33,727 nt of DNA from Nanobdellota archaeon (GCA_038044985.1 JBBSYY010000058.1:1-33727); one strand, 5' to 3'; positions 7,709 to 18,028 are shown, counted from the first letter of the stretch. Translations and numbers: made by a program. Notes: generated by a model from the sequence alone, not told the origin.

Positions 7709-9421
7709 ATGCTCTATTTACAATTATGCGAAACATACGAAGAACTAGAAAAAAATCCTTCTAGGATAAAAAAAACGTCAATTCTATCAGATTTTTTAGC
7801 GAAGCTAAAAAACTCAAACCAATCAGAAATCATTTATTTAATTCAGGGTAATGTATTTCCAGACTATTCTGAAAAAGAATTTGGAATTTCGGAAAAACTT
7901 GCAATAAAATCCTTATCAAAAGCTTCAGGAGTTTCAGATAAGCTTATTATTGAGAAATGGAAAAAACTTGGAGATTTAGGACAGGTAGCAGAAGAAATTA
8001 TGAAAAATAAAAAACAGGGCATTCTTTTTTCTCATCCATTAACTGTAAGAAAAGTTTTAGAAAATTTAAAAAAACTTCCAGAATTAGAAGGAAAAGGAAC
8101 AATAGAAAAAAAGTTATCATTAATTTCAGAGCTTTTAACTTCAGCAACTTCTAAAGAGGCTAAATATTTAATTAGAACTTTATTACAAAATTTAAGAATT
8201 GGTGTTGCAGAAGGTGTCTTAAGAGATTCTATTGTTGATGCTTGTTTTAACAAAGAAAAACTTGAAAAAGAGGAAATAAAAAAAATTATAGATAGTGTTC
8301 AAGAAGCTTATGATAAATCAACTGACTGGAAATTAGTTTTTGAAGAAGCTTGTAAGGGTTTATCTTATTTAGAAAAAACTTCTCTAGAGCCAGGAAAACC
8401 AGTCAAGGTAATGTTGTTTCTTAAAGAAGACACTATTGAGAAAGGATTTGAAAGAGTTGGCAGGCCATGTTTAATTGATTTTAAATATGATGGATTTAGA
8501 GTAATGATTAATAAAGATGAAAAAGGCAACATTAAAATTTTTACAAGAAGATTGGATAATGTTACTGCCCAGTTTCCAGATATTGTTGAATTTGCAAAAA
8601 AATATGTAAAAGCTGGAACATTTATTTTAGATGCAGAAGCAGTTGGCTTTGATCCAAAAACTAAAGCCTATCAGCCATTTCAGGTAATCTCTCAAAGAAT
8701 AAAAAGAAAGTATTATATAGAAAAACTTGCTAAAGAGCTACCAATAGAAATAAATGTTTTTGACATTATTTATTATAATGGGAAATCTCTTCTTAAAGAG
8801 CCTTATAAAGAAAGAAGAAAAATTATTGAAAAAATAATTACAACTAGTAATTATAAAATTAAAGCGTCTGAAGCAATTATTACAGATAATATTAAAGAAG
8901 CAGAAAATTTTTATAAAAAGGCAATTGTCGCAGGAGAGGAGGGAATAATGATGAAAAATTTAGAGGCCCCATATAAACCAGGAGCAAGAATTGGCTATGG
9001 AATTAAAATTAAACCGGAAGAAAATGAGTTTGATTTAGTTATAATCAAAGCTGAATATGGAACAGGAAAAAGAGCTGGTTGGTTGACAAGTTATACTTTA
9101 GCATGTAGAGACAAAAACAAGTTCTTGGAAATAGGCAAGGTTTCAACAGGATTAAAAGAAAAAGTTGAGTTAGGACTATCATTTAAAGAATTAACAAAAA
9201 AATTAAAATCTTTGATAATAAAAGAGTCTGGAAGAGAAGTAGAAGTTAAACCAAAGCTTGTTGTAACAATTGTCTACCAAAATATCCAAAGCTCTCCAAC
9301 TTATAATTCTGGCTATGCCTTAAGATTTCCAAGAATAACAAGATTAAGGCTAGATAGGTCAACTTTAGATATCACGACATTAAATGAAGTCAAAAGAGAG
9401 TTTGAGATGTTGAAAAGATGA
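7709..9421 (+). CDS. lig: ATP-dependent DNA ligase
   Basis: Motif I KYDGFR, ILDAEAV, FDIIY, EGIMMK and LRFPR. Confidence 0.97.
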   Translation: MLYLQLCETYEELEKNPSRIKKTSILSDFLAKLKNSNQSEIIYLIQGNVFPDYSEKEFGISEKLAIKSLSKASGVSDKLIIEKWKKLGDLGQVAEEIMKNKKQGILFSHPLTVRKVLENLKKLPELEGKGTIEKKLSLISELLTSATSKEAKYLIRTLLQNLRIGVAEGVLRDSIVDACFNKEKLEKEEIKKIIDSVQEAYDKSTDWKLVFEEACKGLSYLEKTSLEPGKPVKVMLFLKEDTIEKGFERVGRPCLIDFKYDGFRVMINKDEKGNIKIFTRRLDNVTAQFPDIVEFAKKYVKAGTFILDAEAVGFDPKTKAYQPFQVISQRIKRKYYIEKLAKELPIEINVFDIIYYNGKSLLKEPYKERRKIIEKIITTSNYKIKASEAIITDNIKEAENFYKKAIVAGEEGIMMKNLEAPYKPGARIGYGIKIKPEENEFDLVIIKAEYGTGKRAGWLTSYTLACRDKNKFLEIGKVSTGLKEKVELGLSFKELTKKLKSLIIKESGREVEVKPKLVVTIVYQNIQSSPTYNSGYALRFPRITRLRLDRSTLDITTLNEVKREFEMLKR

Positions 9422-9882
9422 TTATGAAACTTTAAGAATTTGTTCTAAGTTATCCTTTTTAGCAAAATTTTTTAAAAATAAATTAGTTTCTTCAAACCAT
9501 TTATCCTTGCTTGGAGGATAGCTCTTCTTTTTAATCTCAAGATGATCAATGATACTTCCATCTTCACTATTAGAAAAACCAAATGGATTTCCAATATGAA
9601 TAATGATGCTATTACAAATTAGATTTTCAACTCCTTGAGTGTTTATACTTCCACTAAAAATAATTGTCGGTTTTAATTTTGAAAAATATAAATCAAAATG
9701 AGAAGAATTTTGATAAAAATTCATATGAAAAAATCTATTTCTTAAATTAAGGATAATTCCTTATGATTAATGTCAATGTACGATGGAGCATTTTTTAAAT
9801 AATAATCTAAATCAGGGGTCTTAAAACTATAATCTTCAAATGCTCTTTTAGCAAGGCCAACAATTTCCTCTATACAACTCAT
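9422..9882 (-). pseudogene. Hypothetical gene, probably frameshifted near 9760
   Basis: MSCIEEIVGLAKRAFEDY...INHK starts at 9882 behind a TTTATAAA box. One extra base would join it to GIILNLRNRFFH-MNFYQ... (ORF 9422-9724). Confidence 0.5.
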
Positions 9883-9963
9883 TTCACTGTTATAAATGAT
9901 TAATTTATAAACCTTTCTTATTTTTTAAAAAAAACCCGTCGGAAAATTTTTTCAATAGAAAAC

Positions 9964-9971
9964 TTTATAAA
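9964..9971 (+). promoter_or_regulatory. TATA box with purine-rich BRE upstream of tbp
   Basis: AGAAAAC-TTTATAAA about 30 bp before the ATG and no SD sequence, consistent with a leaderless or short-leader transcript. Confidence 0.55.
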
Positions 9972-9999
9972 CTATTATAATTTATAACTTCCAGCCAAA

Positions 10000-10548
10000 A
10001 TGACAAAAGTTTCTTCAAAAATACAAAATATTGTTGCTACAACCTCTCTTGGAAAAACTGTCCCACTGACAAAACTTGCAAAAACCATTCCAAATACCGA
10101 ATACAACCCAGAACAATTTCCAGGATTAGTATTAAGAATTAAAAACCCAAAATCAGCAGTTCTTGTATTTTCTTCTGGCAATTTAGTTTGTACTGGGACA
10201 AAATCTGTTGCCCAGGTAAAAAAAGTTATTGAACAGGTAATTAAAACTCTAAGAAAAATTAATGTGAGAGTAACTGAAAGACCAAAAATAACTGTTCAAA
10301 ATATTGTAGCTTCTGGGAGTATAAATATGAAGTTAAACCTTAATTATTTGTCTTTAGTATTGAAAAACATTGAGTATGAACCAGAACAATTTCCAGGATT
10401 AGTGTACAAACTTGAGGACCCTACTGCGACTTTTTTATTGTTTAGCAATGGGAAATTAGTCTGCACTGGAACAAAAAACAATCAACAGCTAGAAGATTCA
10501 ATGAACCAATTAATAAAAACATTAAGAGAAGCTGAAAAGAATAAGTAG
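10000..10548 (+). CDS. tbp: TATA-box binding protein
   Basis: Two repeats of NIVA...YxPEQFPGLV...FSxGxLVCTGTK. Confidence 0.98.
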   Translation: MTKVSSKIQNIVATTSLGKTVPLTKLAKTIPNTEYNPEQFPGLVLRIKNPKSAVLVFSSGNLVCTGTKSVAQVKKVIEQVIKTLRKINVRVTERPKITVQNIVASGSINMKLNLNYLSLVLKNIEYEPEQFPGLVYKLEDPTATFLLFSNGKLVCTGTKNNQQLEDSMNQLIKTLREAEKNK

Positions 10549-10790
10549 TTTTTCAGTTCACAGAGTTTCTAATAAAAGATCTGAGAGAAATTATTCAGCT
10601 AGAGCCTTCATGACTAACCAACAACTAATTACTAATAATTATTTAGTAAATTAATAAAGTAGATAAGATACTTGCTTTAACTTGTAAATGCTAACAACGA
10701 TTAGTAAAATTATAACGTACTACCACAAATCCTATAAATACTTATAATCATAAGATTGTTATATTAATTATAAAACTAAAATGAGGTAAA

Positions 10791-12803
10791 ATGCCACAAC
10801 AAAACACAGAAGAACTTGTTGTAGAAGCAAAATCTTTTTTTGAGACTTATAAAAAAGAGATAGGAGATAGCATAAGAAAGGGGAGGAGAGTTATTTTTGT
10901 AAATTTTGACGATGTTGCTTCTAGTTCTCCAACTTTAGCAGAAGCACTTATTTCAAGTCCAGAAGAGATTTTGCAATTATTAGAAGTAGCTTTGGAAGAA
11001 ACTGGCCTTATAAAAAACCCCAGGATAAGATTTAATAATCTCCCAGAAACTCAAAAAGTAAGGATAAGGACAATTCGCGCAAATCACTTAAATAAATTAA
11101 TATTCTTTGAAGGATTAGTAAGGCAAGCTTCAGAGGTTAGGCCTCAGGTTGTAAATGCAAGGTTTGAATGTCCGGCATGTGGGACAGTTATCTCTGTATT
11201 ACAAATCGAAAAAAAATTTAGAGAACCAACAAGGTGTTCATGTGGAAGAAGGGGCCATTTTACTCTTTTATCAAAAACAATGCTTGATGCCCAAAGATTA
11301 GTAATTGAAGAATCTCCAGAATCTTTAATTGGAGGAGAACAGCCAAGAAGAATGAGCATTTTTTTAAAAGAGGATCTTGTAGAACCAATAATGGAGGAAA
11401 AAACTACTCCTGGAAGCAGGGTAAGAATTATTGGAGTTTTAAAAGAAGTCCCTGTTCCTCTTCCTTCTGGAGCAATTTCAACTCGTTTTGATCTTGCTAT
11501 TGAGGCAAATAATGTAATTCCTTTGGAAGCAACTTACGAGGAGTTAGATATATCAGAAGAGGACGAAAAAAGAATCTTAGAATTATCAGAGGATACAGAA
11601 TTATTTAGAAAATTAAGAGATAGCATAGCCCCAAGTATTTATGGATATGAAGAAGTTAAAGAAGCTTTAGTTCTTCAAATTTTTGGAGGAGTAAAAAAAA
11701 TAAGTGAAGATGGAACAGCTTCGAGAGGAGACATTCATTTATTTTTGATAGGAGATCCCGGAGTAGCTAAATCTGTAACTTTGAAATTTATTTCTAATAT
11801 TGCTCCAAAGGGAAGGTATATAGTAGGAAGAGCTACATCTGGAGCTGGTATAACTGCAACAGTTGTAAGAGATGAGTTTTTAAGGGGCTGGAGTTTAGAA
11901 GCTGGCGCTATGGTGTTGGCAAATAAAGGAATTGTTTGTATTGATGAAATTGAAAAAATGGATCCTATTGATAGAAGCGCAATGCATGAAGCTCTTGAAC
12001 AACAATCTGTTACAATATCAAAAGCAAATATTCAGGCATCTTTAGTTGCAGAAACCTCTGTTTTAGCAGCTGGAAATCCTAAATATGGAAGATTCGAACC
12101 ACTGCAATCTGTAGTTGAACAAATTGATCTTCCCCCAACTCTTATAAACCGATTTGATTTAATATTTGTTTTAAGAGATCTACCTGATAAGGAGCATGAT
12201 AATGCAATTGCAACTCATGTTCTTAATATGCATCAAATGAAAGGACCAAAACCAGAAATTGAGCGAGACTTATTTAAAAAATATGTAGCTTATGCAAAGC
12301 AGAAACTAAAACCAAGATTAACAGAAGAATCTGTTCAAGAAATTAAAGATTTCTATGTTAAAATGAGAAGAGCAAGTTTAGAAGGAAGCTCTAAGGCAAT
12401 TTCAATTTCTGCTCGTCAGCTTCAAGGATTAGTAAGATTAGCAGAAGCTCATGCAAAGATGAGATTATCTTCAACAGTAAACAAAGAAGATTCAGAAGCA
12501 GCAATAAGACTTACTAATTATTATTTAATGCAAGTTGGTTTTGACCCAGAAACAAAAACTTTTGATATTGATAGATTTACGACAAAAGTCTCTTCAAGCC
12601 AAAGGAGCAAAATACTTTTTTTAAGAGAAACAATAAGTAAACTTGAAGAAAAATATGGCAAACAAATCCCATTAGATATTTTAAGACAAGAAATGAAAGA
12701 TATTTCAGATTTTGAATTTGAAGAGGCAATTGATAAATTAAAAAAATCAGGAGATATTTTTCAGCCAAAAAAAGGTTTTGTACAGGATGTGCAGAGTAGA
12801 TAG
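10791..12803 (+). CDS. mcm: MCM replicative helicase
   Basis: Zn motif CPAC...CSC, Walker A GDPGVAKS, Walker B CIDEIEKM, arginine finger NRFD and C-terminal winged helix. No intein is evident. Confidence 0.98.
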   Translation: MPQQNTEELVVEAKSFFETYKKEIGDSIRKGRRVIFVNFDDVASSSPTLAEALISSPEEILQLLEVALEETGLIKNPRIRFNNLPETQKVRIRTIRANHLNKLIFFEGLVRQASEVRPQVVNARFECPACGTVISVLQIEKKFREPTRCSCGRRGHFTLLSKTMLDAQRLVIEESPESLIGGEQPRRMSIFLKEDLVEPIMEEKTTPGSRVRIIGVLKEVPVPLPSGAISTRFDLAIEANNVIPLEATYEELDISEEDEKRILELSEDTELFRKLRDSIAPSIYGYEEVKEALVLQIFGGVKKISEDGTASRGDIHLFLIGDPGVAKSVTLKFISNIAPKGRYIVGRATSGAGITATVVRDEFLRGWSLEAGAMVLANKGIVCIDEIEKMDPIDRSAMHEALEQQSVTISKANIQASLVAETSVLAAGNPKYGRFEPLQSVVEQIDLPPTLINRFDLIFVLRDLPDKEHDNAIATHVLNMHQMKGPKPEIERDLFKKYVAYAKQKLKPRLTEESVQEIKDFYVKMRRASLEGSSKAISISARQLQGLVRLAEAHAKMRLSSTVNKEDSEAAIRLTNYYLMQVGFDPETKTFDIDRFTTKVSSSQRSKILFLRETISKLEEKYGKQIPLDILRQEMKDISDFEFEEAIDKLKKSGDIFQPKKGFVQDVQSR

Positions 12804-13058
12804 TTATCCAAAAGGCATATGATACATAGAATATTCTATATACACTATTTTACTGTCCAAACCAAGAAAAGCCTACAGTAATTTTTATTAAAATCAAAAC
12901 TATTGCTAAGAGCTTTAAACGATACTTTAAATTTTTATGGGAATAGTTAAAGCTTAATCAACATTAATCATAGATCAATAAAAAATTTATTGTGATAAAT
13001 CTCATAATTTACTTTAAAACACATAAATCTTTAAATACTTTTTTAGTTACAAAAAAAT

Positions 13059-13712
13059 GTGGCTCTTAAATCATATTTTGCTGAGTTGTTAGGAACCTTT
13101 ATCTTGGTTTTTATAGGGACAGGTTCAATAGTTACAGCTTTATCAATAGGAAAAGGACTTACTGTTCCTGGAATACTTTTAATAGGATTAACATTTGGAT
13201 TCACTCTAGCAGTTATTATATATGCTTTAGGAAATATTTCGGGAGCTCATGTTAATCCAGCCGTTTCAATTGCAGTAGTTATAGCAGGGAAGCTTAAAGC
13301 CAGACATCTTATTCCCTATATAATTATGCAGTTTATAGGAGCAACACTTGCAAGTTTTTTTATAGTTATAATTGTTGGAGCTTCTTTTGGTATTGGAGAA
13401 AATACCATTGGTTCATTTGGTTTACTATCAGCTTTAGTTGCAGAAACTGTTTTAACTGCTTTGTTTGTAATAGTTATCTTAATGACAGCTGAATCTGATT
13501 ATTCTGGAATTGCTATTGGTTTTTTTCTAGCAGTTAGCCATTTGTTTGCAATACCTATTTCAGGATCTTCTTTAAATCCAGCTAGAAGTTTTGGGCCAGC
13601 GATAGTTATTGGAGGACAAGCATTAAATCAGTTATGGATTTATTTTATAGGCCCAATTATCGGAGCCATATTTGGAGCTTTAATATTCATAGCTTTTTTT
13701 AAAAGTTCTTGA
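13059..13712 (+). CDS. Aquaporin (MIP family)
   Basis: ISGAHVNPAV and SLNPARSFGPA, six hydrophobic helices, GTG start. Confidence 0.95.
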   Translation: MALKSYFAELLGTFILVFIGTGSIVTALSIGKGLTVPGILLIGLTFGFTLAVIIYALGNISGAHVNPAVSIAVVIAGKLKARHLIPYIIMQFIGATLASFFIVIIVGASFGIGENTIGSFGLLSALVAETVLTALFVIVILMTAESDYSGIAIGFFLAVSHLFAIPISGSSLNPARSFGPAIVIGGQALNQLWIYFIGPIIGAIFGALIFIAFFKSS

Positions 13713-13893
13713 GTAAATAATATTATTAGTCAACTATTATACTATTTCTCAACACAAATCTTTAAAAATAATTTTTTAGTTATTAAGTAAATAAAACATA
13801 AAAAGTAACTTAATAAAATAGATCTAAGAAGTTAAGGTGAAATTAGAGTTTCAAAGTTATCATTCACTTAATAAATACAACTATAATTCAAAC

Positions 13894-14544
13894 ATGCCAG
13901 AATTAAAAAAAAGAGCGACCGCACATAAAATTAGAGTGGGAGATTTATTAAGAGGAAGTCCGATTTTTGATCAGTCGCAATTAGGAACTCTTGAAAATAT
14001 AAATCCACGACTTTTGCATATTGAATTAGGAGATAAAAAAATTGTTAGGGTTAATATAATAGCAAATGTTATTGATAAGTTTGAATCACAAGGAAATACT
14101 AGATTTGCTTCACTGACTTTAGATGATGGAAGCGGTCAGGTAAAAGTAAAAGTTTTTGGTGAAGATGTCATTAAATTTCAAAATATATTTCAAGGCGATA
14201 CTTTGCTGGTTATTGGACTTTTAAGATTTTTTAATAATGAGATTTACATTCTTCCAGAAATAATTAGAAAGCAAGATGTAAGGTATTTAGTAGTTAGGAA
14301 ATTAGAGATAGATAAAAAAAATAAACCATTAATCCAAGCCGATAAGCAAAAGATTAAAGCGTTTAGAGAGCAAATAATTGAATTAATAAAAGCCTCTGAA
14401 GTTCGTCAAGGAATTGATAAAGAAGAGATAATAATGAGATTAAGAAATATAAAACCAGAAATAATAAGCCAGGAAATACAAAAATTAATAGAAGACGGAT
14501 TAGTTTATGAATCTAAGCCCGGGAGTGTAAGGTATCTGGGGTAA
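13894..14544 (+). CDS. RPA32-like single-stranded DNA-binding protein (OB fold plus winged helix)
   Basis: RVNIIANV, LTLDDGSGQVKVKVF and C-terminal LIEDGLVYESKPG. The ATG at 13894 is a more likely start than 13837. Confidence 0.82.
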   Translation: MPELKKRATAHKIRVGDLLRGSPIFDQSQLGTLENINPRLLHIELGDKKIVRVNIIANVIDKFESQGNTRFASLTLDDGSGQVKVKVFGEDVIKFQNIFQGDTLLVIGLLRFFNNEIYILPEIIRKQDVRYLVVRKLEIDKKNKPLIQADKQKIKAFREQIIELIKASEVRQGIDKEEIIMRLRNIKPEIISQEIQKLIEDGLVYESKPGSVRYLG

Positions 14545-14546
14545 AA

Positions 14547-14985
14547 ATGGTAAAATGGTATTTTGCTTCTAGGAGAAAACACGAAGAAAAAATAAAAATC
14601 TTGTCTAGAGAACTGAATCGACAATCCCATGAGATTTCTTATGATCGGGCACTAGAAGATTCTCTTGTTCCCTACCATGAAAATTCCAGAAAGTCTGCTG
14701 AAGTTTCTTATTCAATTTCACAATCAATTAAAGATTGTGTTAATCAGCGATCCTGAAGGCATAGACATGTTTGTTGAACTGGGAATTGCAATCTCAAACG
14801 CATTAGAAAGCGGAAAGCCAAAAATTTATGCAGTAGGAGATTATAATAAAAGATCACTGATGCATTTTCATCCAAAAATAAATCATGTTAATAATTTAGA
14901 AGAAATATTTTTAGAAGAAGGTCTAAATATTAATGATATAAAACCACCTAGTTTTGATAACTTTTTAAACCCAGCTTATCTCTAA
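14547..14985 (+). pseudogene. Nucleoside 2-deoxyribosyltransferase-like protein split by a frameshift near 14735
   Basis: N-part KWYFASR...SIKDC and C-part VLISDPEGIDMFVELGIA...PKIYAVG lie in overlapping frames. Together they give the NDT fold pattern. Confidence 0.65.
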
Positions 14986-14990
14986 GTTTT

Positions 14991-15401
14991 ATGGAAACCT
15001 ACGAAGAACTTTTAGAGCAAGCATATAAAAAGCTTAAACCAATTGAAAAAAGCAGAGAAAGGTTTGAAATACCTAAAATAGAAGGGCATTTAGAAGGAAC
15101 TAAGACAATTCTCACTAATTTTTCACAGATTTCTTCATATTTAAGACGCGGTCCAGACCATTTATTAAAGTTTTTGCAAAAAGAGTCTGCAACTTCTGGC
15201 TATATAAAAAATGGAAGAGTTATACTTCAGAGAAATATCTCTTCTCAAAAAATTAATGAAAAAATCCAAGAATATGCAAAAGAGTTTGTTATTTGCAAGC
15301 AATGTGGAAAGCCAGATACAGAGTTAATTAAAGAAAAAGGATTTTTATTTTTACGTTGTTTAGCTTGTGGGGCGAAGCATAGTGTGAAGGCGAGGATTTG
15401 A
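14991..15401 (+). CDS. eif2b: Translation initiation factor 2 subunit beta
   Basis: RFEIP, KTILTNF and FVICKQCGKPDT...CLACGA. Confidence 0.96.
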   Translation: METYEELLEQAYKKLKPIEKSRERFEIPKIEGHLEGTKTILTNFSQISSYLRRGPDHLLKFLQKESATSGYIKNGRVILQRNISSQKINEKIQEYAKEFVICKQCGKPDTELIKEKGFLFLRCLACGAKHSVKARI

Positions 15402-15584
15402 TGTAGTTTTGATATTAAAGGGTGAATGTGATAAGACAACATTTGCATACAAAGACGCTTTTTAAAATATTACTTATCAATAATTAAACCTTATTTTCTC
15501 CAAAAACCCCAAAAAAACCTTTATAAACCAATAAAACTTGTATAAACCAATTAATATTAAATAAACAGAAAGCGGAGGTAGAAA

Positions 15585-15725
15585 ATGCCAACAGGATATT
15601 GTGTTAAGTGTAAAGCAAAAAGGGAAATAAAAGACCCTAAAAAAACGAAGACATCAAAAGGAAAAGATATGATAAAAGGCAAGTGCCCTAATTGTGGGAC
15701 TACTGTATGTACATTTAAAGTTTAG
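15585..15725 (+). CDS. DUF5679-like zinc-binding microprotein (46 aa, not in ORF track)
   Basis: GGAGGT SD. MPTGYCVKCKAKREIKDPKKTKTSKGKDMIKGKCPNCGTTVCTFKV has two CxxC pairs. Confidence 0.85.
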   Translation: MPTGYCVKCKAKREIKDPKKTKTSKGKDMIKGKCPNCGTTVCTFKV

Positions 15726-16027
15726 TTTTTGTTTTTTTATAAATTTTTTATAAATTTGTTGTTAGTTAAGTGTTAAAAACTTCTTTCTTTAGTAAATATA
15801 CTAGAAGCAGTAGAATACCCTTACCTTTACTTTTAATAATTATATCATAATAATCTTTAAAATAAGAGAATTCTTGTTAATTAATAAATTATTAATAATA
15901 AAAGTTATTGATTTAATAAAACTTGAAGTAGGAGCTAGGAGCAAATCAAGAGAACTAGCCCCCTAATTATCTGTTTATCAGTTAATAATATGAGTTAAGT
16001 AATAGCAATAAAGATTTTGAAAGAAAA

Positions 16028-16324
16028 ATGCACATTAAAATTCACGAGGCTTATAGAACCATTGTTGCATTAGCTGATAGCGATATAATAGGAAAGAAAT
16101 TTGAAGAAGGAATTAGACAAATTGAAGTTAGGCCTAGTTTTTTTCAGGGAGAAGAAAAACCTAGAAACGAAGTAATAAAAATCCTTAAAAAAATGGAAAG
16201 TGAAGATGCCCTTTTTAATATTGTTGGCAAAGAATCTGTAGAAACTGCTTTAGAAGCAGGAATAATCAAACCTGTTGGAGTTATAGAAATTCAAGGAGTT
16301 CCTATTGCATTGGGGTTGCTATAG
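16028..16324 (+). CDS. DUF424 family protein
   Basis: IVALADSDIIGKKFEEG, FF-GE, NIVGKESV..A...G and IQGVP. Confidence 0.85.
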   Translation: MHIKIHEAYRTIVALADSDIIGKKFEEGIRQIEVRPSFFQGEEKPRNEVIKILKKMESEDALFNIVGKESVETALEAGIIKPVGVIEIQGVPIALGLL

Positions 16325-16481
16325 GTCTTTATAATTTTAACACGACTGTTCTTTATTCTGATAATTTTCCGCTTTTTTTCTAGGCGAAGAAAGTTTATCT
16401 TAACTTTTTATTATTAGCAATAGCATTTATAAACCAAGCGGTTATTTTATATATTAATCTAAAACTAATTTCAAAATCAAA

Positions 16482-16829
16482 ATGCAATTCAAAAATAAAT
16501 ACAAAAAGAATGTTCAGAGACAAAACCAACCGATTCAGGAGATAATTAGGGTTAGAACCCCGAGAAATAATGAAGTCGTTGGAATAGTTGATCAGAGAGT
16601 TGGAGCAAATAGAATGATTGTAAAATGTTTTGATGATAAAGAAAGAAATTGTAGAATTCCAGGAGCTTTAAGAAGATCGCTTTGGATTAGACCAGGAGAT
16701 TTTGTTATTGTTAAGCCGTGGGAATTTGAAGGAGATAAAAGAGGAGATATCCATTTTAAATATGCTCCAGCTCAAGTAGAATGGTTAAAAAGAAAAGGTT
16801 TCATTAAAGAGATTGCAAGTGAATTTTAA
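16482..16829 (+). CDS. eif1a: Translation initiation factor 1A
   Basis: GANRMIVKCFD..RNCRIPG..WIRPGD.V.V.PW...RGDI. Confidence 0.96.
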   Translation: MQFKNKYKKNVQRQNQPIQEIIRVRTPRNNEVVGIVDQRVGANRMIVKCFDDKERNCRIPGALRRSLWIRPGDFVIVKPWEFEGDKRGDIHFKYAPAQVEWLKRKGFIKEIASEF

Positions 16830-16858
16830 AACAAGAAAAATAAAATTTCCAAATAAAG

Positions 16859-17194
16859 ATGTCGGAAAAAATCCCATTTAACGTAAATGAGCTTGTTGAA
16901 AAGCCTTGGAACAAAATGGCAGTATATATTTTAACGGATGAACAAAAACAACAGTTAGTAAATCATAAAAAACTTGTGAAAAGAGAATATTTTTTTAGAA
17001 AAGGAAATAAATGGGACGAGCATTATCATAAAGAATCACAAATACTTCTTTTAATAAAGGGGCAGTTAACACATAAAGCTAAGAATATGGATTATGTGCA
17101 GAATCCAAATGATTTATTAATAGTACCAGCCAACTTGCCACATAGTGCTTATGCAAATAAAGACCTTCATCTTTATTGGTTTACTAAAAAATAA
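16859..17194 (+). CDS. Cupin-domain protein
   Basis: HYHKESQ...KG and DLLIVPANLPH metal-binding motifs. Confidence 0.85.
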   Translation: MSEKIPFNVNELVEKPWNKMAVYILTDEQKQQLVNHKKLVKREYFFRKGNKWDEHYHKESQILLLIKGQLTHKAKNMDYVQNPNDLLIVPANLPHSAYANKDLHLYWFTKK

Positions 17195-17217
17195 AATGAT
17201 AGAGCAATATTAAAGAA

Positions 17218-17733
17218 ATGCAAGAGATTTATGTTGAAAATATAAAAGGAGTTCTTAGCAACAAAAAAAAGTTTGAGAAAGAACTAAAAGTAAGAATTTC
17301 AAATAAAGGGAAAAATATTTTTGTTAGTGGAAATCCTGAAAAAGAATATATCGCAATAAGAGTTCTTGAAGCAGTAAAGGTGGGATTTTCGTTGAATAAA
17401 ACATTACAATTAAAACAGGAAGAAATGATGCTTCAAATCTTGAATATTAAAGATCTAACAAAAAGGCAGGACTTAAAAATAATAAGAAGCAGAGTTATTG
17501 GGACAGGTGGAAGAACACTAAAAACTTTAAAAAATCTTACTAATTGCGATCTGTCTCTTTATGAAAATCAGATAGGAATTATTGGAGATGCAGAAGAAGT
17601 AGAAGATGCTGTTCAAGCCATCTCTTCTTTAGTTAAAGGAAGTAAACATGGGAATGTTTATGCAAGGTTAGAAAAAAGAAGAAGAGACAAAGGGCTTGAA
17701 AGTAGAAAATTAAATTTTGAAGTTAATGAATGA
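17218..17733 (+). CDS. KH-domain pre-rRNA processing protein (Dim2/PNO1)
   Basis: RSRVIGTGGRT, IGIIG and GSKHGNVYARLE. Confidence 0.9.
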   Translation: MQEIYVENIKGVLSNKKKFEKELKVRISNKGKNIFVSGNPEKEYIAIRVLEAVKVGFSLNKTLQLKQEEMMLQILNIKDLTKRQDLKIIRSRVIGTGGRTLKTLKNLTNCDLSLYENQIGIIGDAEEVEDAVQAISSLVKGSKHGNVYARLEKRRRDKGLESRKLNFEVNE

Positions 17734-17914
17734 ATTTTCACGAAACTTTGGTAATATTTATACTGTAAACCCGCCAGGATCTAAGTATCGCCAGGCCCTA
17801 TAGCTTTCTTATTCTAATTGATCTTATATTATTAATATTTACGGTACCAAAAATTTGATAAATTAAGGTTGATAACAAATAGTTTTAAAAACAAGAATCT
17901 TTTTAGAATATTAA

Positions 17915-17987
17915 GTCCTGGTAGCTCAGCTGGTAGAGCATGTGGCTGTTAACCACAGGGTCGGAGGTTCGAGTCCTCCCCGGGACG
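17915..17987 (+). tRNA. tRNA-Asn(GTT)
   Basis: Acceptor GTCCTGG/CCGGGAC-G, anticodon arm TGTGG-CTGTTAA-CCACA, T loop TTCGAGT. A TTTTAAAA box lies about 25 bp upstream. Confidence 0.96.
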
Positions 17988-18028
17988 TTTTTACAAACCT
18001 TTTTATATCTAGTTTTTCTTTTAACAAA

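Noticed and set aside
10549-10790. Replication origin next to mcm
   Set aside because: It is AT-rich but has no ORB-like repeats or G-strings, and there is no cdc6 in the window.
15929-15964. Imperfect inverted repeat TAGGAGCTAG...CTAGCCCCTA, and a similar weak stem at 25393-25429
   Set aside because: Each is single and imperfect with a long loop, and has no supporting context.
17772-17796. CGCCAGG direct repeat
   Set aside because: Only two 7-mers, with no further structure.
17942-18028. N-terminal extension of the 151-aa ORF
   Set aside because: It overlaps tRNA-Asn, so the start was moved to 18029.
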